Assembly: GCF_032191835.1 (NCBI RefSeq)
Contig: NC_083231.1
Location: forward strand, 5,518,001 to 5,582,000
From: Heteronotia binoei
Lineage: Eukaryota
Reading direction: 5' to 3'
DNA: 64,000 nucleotides
How positions within the stretch are numbered: the first letter of the stretch is position 1; each line of letters begins with the position of its first letter. The notes beneath the pieces are model-generated. The model was not told the origin of the DNA, searched no databases, and worked only from the letters and a program-made list of their open reading frames with translations. Below are positions 1 to 10,200 of the stretch, one piece after another. Both the position numbers and the translations under genes were made by a program.

Positions 1-151
1 CTTGCTCCTGTGCACAAACGGCAATGGTGGCAAGAGCCCTGGCGGCTGCTCACTCGCTCAGAAGACAAGCACTTTGGCTTGGGAAACTAACACTGCACGT
101 CAGACAGGAAGCCAATGGCTCCCACTTGCCCATCTCCACTTTAAAACGTTT

Positions 152-642
152 AAGAAGAAGAAGAAGATATTGGATTTATATCCTGCCCTCCACTCTGAAG
201 AGTCTCAGAGCGGCTCACAATCTCCTTTCCCTTCCTCCCCCACAACAGACACCCTGTGAGGTAGATGAAGACATTGGATTTATATCCCGCCCTCCACTCC
301 GAAGAGTCTCAGAGGGGCTCACAATCTCCTTTCCCTTCCTCCCCCACAACAGACACCCTGTGAGGTAGATGAAGACATTGGATTTATATCCCGCCCTCCA
401 CTCCGAAGAGTCTCAGAGCGGCTCACAATCTCCTTTACCTTCCTCCCCCACAACAGACACTCTGTGAGGTGGGTGGGGCTGGAGAGGGCTCTCACAGCAG
501 CTGCCCTTTCAAGGACAATTTCTGCCAGAGCTATGGCTAACCCAAGGCCATTCCAGCAGGTGCAAGTGGAGGAGTGGGGAATCAATCTGGGTTCTCCCAG
601 ATAAGAGTCCGCACACTTAACCGCTACACCAAACTGGCTCTC
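152..642 (-). mobile_element. tRNA/CORE-type SINE (Squam3-like) with three tandem 104-bp copies of its 3' part
   Basis: tRNA-like head with A/B boxes, CORE-like CCTCACAGGGTGTCTGTTGTGG and (CTT)n tail. Units start at 166, 270 and 374. Confidence 0.85.
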
Positions 643-1249
643 CATGCTCTTAACATGCAGATCTGCTGTAATATCCTGCTGCGAGCTCACCAGCATTCTC
701 CTAAGAGTTCCCTGTTAAAAGCATATTCATTAAAGGGAATTATAATGTGCACACAGTTCCCTTTACTGCTGTTACATTAAGGACTCATAAAAAGGAATTT
801 TCGGCCACAGATTTCGATTTTAGCCTCTCAAACAGCAACAGGGAATTTACACTCCTGGGAGTCTTGGACTACTCTGCTTGGCATCTGCTACGCACACTCA
901 TTGTTGACAGAAAACATGTCTTTTAAACACCTCCCTTTTAACGTTGGCTGAGCAAAGCAGAGGGAGTGTTCTAAAATGTCTCTAATACAGAAAAAGCATT
1001 GCTGGTCTTGAACATTTTACAAATCTCTTACAGTTCAGAAAACACCAGAAAAATTGCCTTGAAAATACACTATAGTAAGAGCATTTTTAAGTGTAATGGA
1101 AGAAGAAACCTTAACACTCTGAGCGGGGAATCACCAACAGCCTGAGATTAAAATGTGAAATTCGAAGACACAGTTTTCAAAGGGGATTAGACAGATTCAG
1201 TGGCTGCTAGCCATGACAATTAAAGGGAACCTCCGCATTTAGAGGCACA

Positions 1250-1670
1250 GAATCACAGAACATAGAGTTGGAAGAGAGCTCTATGGACATCTAGTTAACC
1301 CCCTGCATAAGGCAGGAAATTAACAAACGCGTCTCCTTCCCCCCGGTGACCCCTGCAGGCTCCATGCCGCGAAGATGACTAAAAACCTCCAGGGTCCCTT
1401 GCCAAACGGGCCTGAAGAAAAAACGGCTGCCTGTCTCCTAAGTAAGGATCAGCATTTCCCTGGGTGTGTAAGAAAGGAGCACAAGAACTAAACACTGATG
1501 CAACCCTCCTTCCCATGATCTGCCCCAGAATCAGCACTGCTGTCAGATGGCCATCTAGCCTCTGTTTAGAAACCTCCAAAGAAGGAGAGCCCACCACCTC
1601 CCAAGGAGGAAGCCTGTTCCACTGAGGAACTGCTCTAACTGCCAGGAAGCTCTTCCTAATGTTTAGCTGT
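1250..1670 (-). mobile_element. CR1 LINE 3' fragment
   Basis: CR1 3' end (reverse complement of ...TCTATGTTCTGTGATTCTGT) and the GGAGGTTT..AAACAGAGGCTAGATGGCCATCTG motif shared with other CR1 copies in the window. Confidence 0.75.
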
Positions 1671-1734
1671 CAATCTTTGAATCCCAGTTCCAGGAGACAC
1701 CAGGGAAAGGCCTCAGCCTCTATACTATTTTACA

Positions 1735-2375
1735 CAGAGAGTGATTAAAATGTGGAAGTTGCTGCCAGAGGATGTAGTGACGGCCCCGGTAAATAACAGT
1801 GTGAAAAGGTGATTAGATAGATTCATGGAGGATAATTCTAATGGCCACTAGCCATTGGGACTGAAGGGGACCTCCACATTCAGAAGCACTAAACTTCTGA
1901 ACCCCAGAGCCAGGAGGCAACATTAGGGGAAGGCCTTGGCCTCTACGCCCTGTTGTTGACCATCTGGAGCAGGGGTGGCCAAATTTGCTTAAGCTAAGAG
2001 CCACATAGAATATACATCAGATATCTGAGAGCTGCAAGACATGAACATCAGATGCTTGAGAGTTGCAAGGCAGGCAGGCAGGCAGATAGACGGGGTAGGT
2101 GGAAAGAAAGCAACTTTAAATGCATTCTCTAAGCCGCCAGCTGGTTTGGCCTGGAGAAGTGATTTAAAGAGAGAAATGACTTCTCCAAGCCCACTGACAG
2201 AGCGGTGGGGGCCTTGAGAGTCACATGGTATGTGTAAAAGAGCCACATGTGGTTCCTGAGCTTTAGTTTGGCCACCCCTGGTCTGGAGGAACTGGTTGGT
2301 CACTGTGGGAGAAAGGCTGCGGGACTAGATGAACCCTCACTAGTCTGATCCAGCAGGGCTCTTCTGAGGTTCTTA
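1735..2375 (+). mobile_element. CR1 3' fragment split by a hAT MITE
   Basis: Begins TACTATTTTACACAGAGAGTGATTAAAATGTGG; the sequence resumes after 2280 and ends ...GATCCAGCAGGGCTCTTCT. Confidence 0.65.
1970..2280. mobile_element. hAT (Charlie-like) MITE
   Basis: TIRs CAGGGGTGGCCAAA / TTTGGCCACCCCTG. 8-bp TSD ATCTGGAG / GTCTGGAG. Confidence 0.85.
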
Positions 2376-2750
2376 ACAAAAAGCACAACCAAGCTCAGAT
2401 ACTCTGAAAAGTACAGCAGATCTCCATAACAGTATTTCCACAACAGCCAAGCAGCTGCCTTCTTTCCACCCATGTTATTGGTTGCCATTGACTTAATTTA
2501 CTTAAATTGAACATTTGGGAACTGAATTGTAGGATGAACTAGAATGACAGTCTCTATTCCTATTGCTAGCACCCATTATTTTGCATCTAACAAAAGTTAT
2601 TTTGCATCGAACTTCTGACATTTATTTCACGTTCACAAATGCGGCGGACCAAGAGTTCCATGTGAAGGAAGGATGCATCTAATCCCACTGCTGGGTGCCC
2701 AAAGTCACGACTTACAACTTGGTAATTTATTTCCTCAAAACTGTATTTAC

Positions 2751-2820
2751 CTTTGGGAATCTCTTCTGGCAGCCCCTCTTTCTGTTTATTTTCTTTTATC
2801 GGGCTCTTGCAACGAAGCTG
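2751..2820 (-). CDS. Candidate downstream BOD1L1 exon (QLRCKSPIKENKQKEGLPEEIPK)
   Basis: Strong acceptor GTTTCCCCCCTCGATTCCATAG and donor AAG|GTAAAT. Open in phase 0 with Lys/Glu-rich composition. The linking upstream exon was not found. Confidence 0.35.
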
Positions 2821-4284
2821 CTATGGAATCGAGGGGGGAAACAATGTCAATACTTCGCCCTACAGCATGCAACACTCGCTCTTGTTCGAACAGCCGCCAC
2901 CAGCCCTGCGATCAGCAGCGAAGGCTGCGCTAAATGAGAGGTGGTCTCATGACAGCCTTAATAAAGCTCAGTTCAATGGCTGGAATAACTGGTCTGCATA
3001 CAGAAGTTCTCAGCTCCACCCTGACATCGTCAACAAAAGGATCTCAAATAACATGAAACAACATCCCGCCATTCTATGCGCTGTGCATATGCTGTAAGGC
3101 AAGAAGGGAGTTTGGAATTTAAAAATGCCAGCAGATGTAGCCCTGTCATTTTTTTGCCAGCAAAGTCTGCCAGCTCTGAAACCTGCATCTACAATTAGTG
3201 CCCAAGTAGACTGTGATAACATGATATGCGACAGGGATCTTGGAACAGGGTTTACAGCAGAATCCTAAGCTACATTATGCCCTTCTGGGTCTACTGAGGC
3301 CAATGGGCTGAGAAGGGTATAACTCTGCTCAGAATTCCACAGTAGAAATAATATTTCAAAATGCCAAAGTGCAAAATTTCTTGGTCAACATCTTCTGAAG
3401 GGTTTGAAAAGCTCAAGTTTCATTTTCTCCTGAAAATTGCCCTTAAATACACACCTTTTAAAAGGATTGTGTCCAATTATACGGGAAACAATATTTGTAT
3501 AATATCTCAAATACCTCTTCAGCCATCAAGTCAGACTGTAGTTCCAGCTCTTTGGACACAATGGGAAGCATTTTTTCATTGTCTAAATAAAGGAGAGTAA
3601 TTTAAACATGTACATAAGGCTTGACCTGCTTTAATCTTATTACCTTGCAAAAATATCAAGTTAAATTAGCCAATTATTTCTTAGAATAGTTCTCCTCATT
3701 TACTTTTGTACCATGTTTTGACATATTTATATATATGGAAACTAGCCCACAACGACTATAAATATATTCTTGAAAAGACAAACTCATATGTGAAAAGGCT
3801 GGTTGTAAAATCCTGGAAGGGAAGAGGGACCACCAAACGAGGCAGAAGCTGCAATATGCGAGGCACAGGCAAAACTCTGTTGCTTCTGACTTCAAATATT
3901 GTGGTTTCAGTCCATAAAAACCAGTCCTCCTTAGCCACCAGCTCAACTGCTGACAAGTCATGGAATACTCAAGAATATTTCAGCCGCTCACAAAAACCTG
4001 GGTTACCTCCAAGGGTTCTCTTCTGCTAAGTGAAGAAGCTTTCCATGGAGGAGAGGCTCCTTTCTCCACAGAAGGAGTCTTCCTTCAACAAAAGATTCCT
4101 AGTTGAGTGGAATCATGAGATTCAAGCCACCTATCTGTTTTCTTGTACATGACTTCAAGAGTCATTGCAGAAGAATATTCAAGGGGGGAAGGTACCTGTC
4201 AGAACAGTGTACTGAGAGAAAGGTGGAACTGTTGGTAGAAAAGGGATTTGGCAGAGATGTGATGAGGCAGTTTCATGAAGAACA

Positions 4285-4540
4285 GATATTGGATTTATAC
4301 CCCACCTTTCACTACCCAAAGGAGTCTCAGAGCAGCTTACAATCTCCTTTCCCTTCCCACAACAGACATCCTGTGAGGTAGGTGGGCTGAGAAAGCTCTC
4401 CTAGAACTGCTCTTGAGCAGAACAGCTCTGAGAGAGTTGTGACTGACCCAAGGTCACCCCAGCAGTTGCAGGTGGAGGAGTGGGGAATCCGGTTCTCCCA
4501 GATAAAAGTCCATGCACTTAACCGCTACATCAAACTGGCT
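4285..4540 (-). mobile_element. Squam3-like SINE, single copy
   Basis: Same head, CORE and tail as 152-642 but more diverged. Confidence 0.8.
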
Positions 4541-5404
4541 TTCTGAAATTATCAACTGTTAGATTACATTGATGAAAAGTAGTTACAGGGGTAAAGCATA
4601 GGGGTTTTTTAATGTGTGTGAATTAGAGACAGGCATGGAACACAAAAATGGTGGTTCATTTGGTTTCATGGTTCATTGGGTTGCTCAATTTGGTGGTTTG
4701 TTTCATTTCATGTTTCTTCAATTTCCTGAATGATTAGTGGTTTGTTCAGTTTAGGAAAGTGCAGAACAGCCCCCAAGTGGGCTAGAGATGCCAAACTTGC
4801 GGCAAACTCTCCAGCAGACTATCCTTGACCTGCTCTCCAAGTTTGGTACAAATTGGATGTTGGGGAGCCAAGCTACAGCCCCCCAAAGCAGCTGTCCCCA
4901 GTAAACTGCTCTCCTAGAAGTATGCCAAGCTGGGGAACAAAAGGGAAGCTGCCCTGCAGCTTCTGGTCTGTTTCACCCCCAGGAAGATTGGAGGGGAGTG
5001 AAACGGACTAGAAGTGGCAGCTCCACTCTCCCCAGTTTTGAGTGAAACTAACCAGAAGTGCCAGAGGCTGGGGAATCATGCCAGGCTGTATGGAAAAATA
5101 AACCAAATGACATGCCAAGAAAAATGGCTGGTTCATTTTTGGATTTGAGCGCAGTGAAATCAAATTAACCAGTTTGAAACAAACCATGAATCAGCCATTT
5201 TCAGCATGAATCGCGATTTGTGGCTTGGTTCATGCCAATCCCTGATGTGAATAACTACACGAATCTTTATATGTATGTCGTTCACACACATAGCCCAACT
5301 CTCCACTGGATAGAAATCTAAATCCTTTCAACAAAATGGACATTTAGCCAGGCTAATTTGCTTTCTATCTTAACATGGATAGCCCAGGATACCCTCATTT
5401 CACC

Positions 5405-5550
5405 AGGTCTCAGGGTTGACCCTGGATAGTATTTGGATGGGAGACATTGAAGGAATACCAGAATCGCGACATAGAGGCAAGCGATGCAAACCATCTCTAA
5501 ACATCTTGCCTTGAAAACCCTACAGGGCTGCCGTAAGAGATCTGTGGCAT
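5405..5550 (+). mobile_element. Sauria SINE fragment
   Basis: GGATGGGAGAC...CAAACCATCTCT...TTGCCTTGAAAACCCTAC, similar to the copy at ~30490-30630. Confidence 0.6.
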
Positions 5551-6568
5551 TTTCTTTCTAAACTTATGCCCAATTCTAAACAGATTGTTAATCAAATATT
5601 TATTTTTACAGTGTTTTAAACTCCTTTTCAAATAACCCGTTAGCAGTAGATCAAATAATGGTAAAACTCTGTCAATCTGCATATAATTAAAGCTTCCCAC
5701 TACCCATTTGAAGCCACTGGCCCTGTTTCACCAGCTCCCCATTTCCATTTTGGAAAATGGCTTTATTTAATCCTTTTTTTCTTAACCCACAAAATGCTTT
5801 GCAATTTCATTCCATTATTAATAAGTGCATCTATACCACTGACAATAGGAATTTATAGAACAATATGAATTTATATAAAATGCAAAAGTATATTCTTCTT
5901 CACCTACAAAACATTTTGCAAGTATTGGTTGCCAAACTTTAGATGAGTCTCTTTCAAGATGAGTCATGTCTGAAATTTCAATTGGTTATCAATTTAACCA
6001 CAGTTGAGTATCTAATGTAAGATTTCTCTGCCACTCATTAAAGTTACCCTTCCTTGTTTAAGTTTTCATAGGTATGCTTGCATAGACCTTTAATATTTTG
6101 TTTACTTGTACTCGAAATAGCTTACAGTTTTCGTATCCTAAGAATATTCAACTAATTTTACTTTTCTTGATTCTTAAGTCTTTGTTTTTTTCTGTAAGTT
6201 CTAATTCTCATACTTTATTAAATTCTCATGAATTGAATGGATTTGTTGACGTTAAGGACATGAAGATGCAGCCTGTACAGCGTCTCTTTTATTTTTGTCT
6301 GATTTCTTACAGCATGTAAGCTTCAAATATGATATTTAAAAGGAATCCTGGGTAGTGCGTATATAAAGATGCTTCTTTTTTCCAATCGTACATGTAAATT
6401 AGAGATGTTTCCCCAAATAGTCACTTCATAGGGTCCTCTCTCCGGGATTTCCAAATACATGCTGAAATAATCTATGTGGTGGATCCTAACCATGTTTTTC
6501 AATGACAAAAGATCCTCCCTGTCAATGGAAAAGGGAGAGCGCAGAGGATGTCTGCCAATTCCCCTCAC

Positions 6569-6586
6569 CCATTCCAGACTCTTTTC
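6569..6586 (-). CDS. BOD1L1: Candidate BOD1L1 18-nt microexon (GKESGM)
   Basis: Long pyrimidine tract CTTCTCTCTGCTTCTCTGTTCCCCCTATGTCCTGCCCAG, exon GAAAAGAGTCTGGAATGG and donor GTGAGG. Phase 1 to 1. Joined to exon 10 it gives CCSGKESGM, resembling recalled human LCGGKPSGI. Confidence 0.5.
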
Positions 6587-7226
6587 CTGGGCAGGACATA
6601 GGGGGAACAGAGAAGCAGAGAGAAGTTCATTTCCACTCATGCTGCTCTGACTGTGTTAGACAGGATTTTAAAAGCAGAAGAATCAGACAATTCTCTCCAT
6701 TATGGAAACAGCTTAACTCCTTGTACTACTTCTACGTAAGATGTTTATTATACATGCTACGCAAGTAGTACTATGATGTACTTCATCCAGCAGCAGTCTT
6801 CACATTGGCTACTCAGGAAAGAAAAGGTGTCCTCATCTTAATCCTAGTTTTAGCTGAGACTTTTCGCTACTTAATGGGCTGGATTCAGTCAGGTTTTTTT
6901 TCTATTCAAGCTTGCTCAATCCCCTTTCTTACTACCACATACCCTTTTTAAAAACATGTATACTCCTTGGTGTGCAGAATAGCCTCTGTTTGGTGGTCAA
7001 AGAGAACACTTCTCTTTTTCACCAGCGGAAAAGCCGCTTGTACCCAACCCAATATTTATTTAGCTTTCTGAATTACATGACTCCTTTGCAGAGCTGATGA
7101 AACCCTTGGGCCAACTGGTCATTCATGTTAACAGCTGATGAAGTCTTCAAAAACTACCAAGAAACATTCAAACATGAAACCTCATAATACTGTATTATAT
7201 TAAAAAAAAAAAACAGGAAACCTCAC

Positions 7227-10200
7227 CAGAACAACATCCTGCACTGTCTCGAGAAGCAGCTTCCAGTTCATGAGGATCATCCACTTTGGCTTCAACATCG
7301 GCCAAATGATGCTCTGTGCACAGACCTGTTTCTTCAGCAAGTGCTCTGTTCTCAGAATTGCTCACCGATTCAACAGGTAATGCTGCCAAATATTCCCTCC
7401 TGGGGAGGTCCCTTTTTCCAGAAAAGTCAGTTTTTAATACTGGGCAATACTGGTTAATATTGTCTACTACTATTTTTCTGTCTTCTGTTTCTTGTTCCAA
7501 GTGGATATCAGAAGGGCTTGAGGTGACTTCATTATGTAGCACATCTTTGTGGACAAGCACGATGGTTTCAGCAGATGGCGCCCCATCATCAGAGGACTCC
7601 AAACACATTTCTGTACGGAGGTTTTCACTTGCACTACTGGATTCCCCTGTATCTGCAGGCATTTCAGATTTTTTGGTTTCCTCTGTGATCCTGGATGCCA
7701 CAGATTCTCTTGTCAAAGCAATCTCAGGTTCCTCCTGACAGAAACTTTGACTTTCTTCACAAACCACAACTGAAATGTCTTTGTTTTCTTTTGGGGCTGA
7801 AGATATGGAATGGCCGTCTTCGACACATGCAGCATTTCTTTCATCATCTCCTTCTATGTTTTCAAAAGCAACTGGAGAGTCCTCTAAGGGAGGGATGTTG
7901 GAGACACTATCACATTCTTCCACCATCCTTGCAGGGACTGTTGCAATGACCTCTGGATCCCCTATACGCAAAGGAACCAATTGCACATCAGGTTTGATGC
8001 TGGCTATGTTTTGTCCAAGAGTATCACCTTTTGTCCCCTCTTCAGCAAAAACTGCTGCATCTTGGATGCTTTTTAATGTGCTTTGAATAGTCAGCTGGAA
8101 CTCTTGGCCTGCGGTATCCCCAGGATTAATAGCTTTGTCTTCCTCTGCTGCATCTGGACAGACGATGGTATCATCACCCTTCTCTTCTCTTTCTGCAAGC
8201 ATCAATGCCCCTTCTGTCGTACTGGTAGTAATAGCAAAAGACTCAAGTCTTCCTCCTGCTTTGGTTTCAGAAACTGGATTCGATTCTTGTGTGGTTGCAG
8301 GAGACATAGAAATCCCCAGATGTTCTGCAGAGCTTGTTGAGATCATGGCTGCATGAGCAAAGGGCGGAATCAAATCTTCTCTGCCTGTGTGTGAAAGAGG
8401 AACCTCTAGCTCTTCATTAATGCTTGTAGAAATCACAGTGCACTCATCTCTTTCCTCCTGGCTCTGGTCTGCTGCTTGGCTTTTGTTAACTTCTCCACTG
8501 GATGCACTGGGCATGGGAGTGCCACACATTTCCACACTGGCTCTTCCAGTAGGAAACTGACTCTCACCATCTTCTGTGGTTGCACTAGGCATAGGGGCTT
8601 CAAATTCTTCCAACAGACTTGTGGAAACCTTATTTGGTGTAACAGTTCCATCTTGACTCAAACAGGAGTCAATGGTTGTACTAGGCATAGGGGCCTCAAA
8701 TTCTTCTCCACTTAAACTTGTGGTCTTATCACAGCTTTCAGCAGAGGTTTGCTCCATGTGCTTGGAAGAACAATGTGGAGGTGAAAGACCTACTTTGACC
8801 ACACTTGTAGAGATGGTCTCTGCTTCATCTTCATCATCTTCAGAAGCTGAAAGAACGGCCTCTTCCATTCTTAAGATCAGGCCTTCACATTTTCTCTCGT
8901 CTAAGTAAGATGTGGCATTCTCATTCTTCTCTTCCAAAACAGAAGGTTGGCCTGTACTTTGATCTGAGATGGCATCGATCATGCCAAATTCATATTTCTC
9001 TGCAACTGCAGACTGTTCCTCTTTTTCTGTGATGAAGCCTATAACATTTTCATTGCCTGAACCAATACTAGTGGTGCTACTTTCAACTATTCCCTTGGTG
9101 CTGTGGTTGAAACTGCCACTTTTGGTTTCTTCCCCTAAGCTAGTCATGCTGTCCACAGTACCTTTCCCTGCATTTGTGGTCAGCAACCCCAACTCTGTGC
9201 CAAGCCGGCCTGTAGCTCGGCAGATGGAGGAACTTCCACTTCCTGCAGCTCCAGCACAAAGCGCTGACCTTTCAGCTTCTTCGGTTCCTGTGCAGGCCAA
9301 GGAATGATCCATTTCTTCATTACCTCTTCCTGTGCTGGTAACAAAGTCTTCACCTTCTTCGTCATCCTCCTTAGCCCCAGTACTGGTCACAAAACCTTCA
9401 TCGTCACAGGAGCCCCGGCTAACCTCAGCAGTGTTTGTTTCAGCTGTGGCTTCCGTACTCTCTGTAGCATGCTCATAGTTTTCTTGTAAGCCTAAAGAAA
9501 CTGAAAAACCCTCATTGCTGTCCTCCAAGCCAGTGCAAGCAGCTGCAGCTTCAGGGTCATCTTCTGCTGTTATGCCTGTGCTGGTGACGGCACTTTCACC
9601 ATACACAACATCTTCGCTCTTGTCAGCCTGTGTTCCAGTCACGGTATTACTGGCCTCTAATCCGGCACATGCTTCAGTCACAGCGCTGTCTTCTTGAGAG
9701 TCTGTACCTGTGACTGAGCAGATAGCAAAGCCCACGCTTCCTCCTGCCGCACCTGTACAAGTCACCGTGCCTTCAGCTGCTTTAACTTGCCCCGCACTGC
9801 TTGCATTTATTTGAAGTTCATCTTGATTTTCACCGTGTAGAGAGCCATCCCTATCTGCAGTGCCTGCGCTGGTGACAGCCCCATCACCTTCCACCTCACT
9901 AATGCCAATAGTGGAACTGTCAAAATGGCTTGTACCGTGGAAAGCGGAAGCCGTGCGCCTCCCTTCAGAGCCTGCACTGGTAACTGCATCATCTTTCTCT
10001 TCTGTTTCAACATTATCCAGGTTTTGCTCCAGTTCTATGCTGCTTTTGTTGCTTAGCTGTTTACCACTTTCTTCTACATAATTGGCAGCACATTCATCAC
10101 TGTCCTCCTCCTTTGTACTAGTTAAGGAACTTTCGCACGCTGCAAGCCCTTCAGTGACACCAACACCACTTTCTTCAGCAGCAGTGACCGTGCACTCGCC

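Noticed and set aside
166-470. Regularly spaced repeats resembling a CRISPR array (also 16742-17157 and 49194-49510)
   Set aside because: Units are contiguous with no unique spacers, derive from SINEs and lie in a eukaryotic context with no cas genes.
4007-4025. Short segment encoding RREPLE, resembling recalled human QREPLL, with a good GTAACC donor
   Set aside because: Needs a phase-2 entry that no identified upstream exon supplies; the match is short enough to be chance.
7073-7133. Possible exon AVNMNDQLAQGFHQLCKGV between exon 10 and the microexon
   Set aside because: Weak acceptor, and its phase-2 exit is incompatible with the phase-1 microexon.
7090-7150. Two AGCTGATGAA motifs suggesting a hammerhead or C/D snoRNA
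   Set aside because: No stem II plus GAAA arrangement, antisense to the host gene and no terminal stem.
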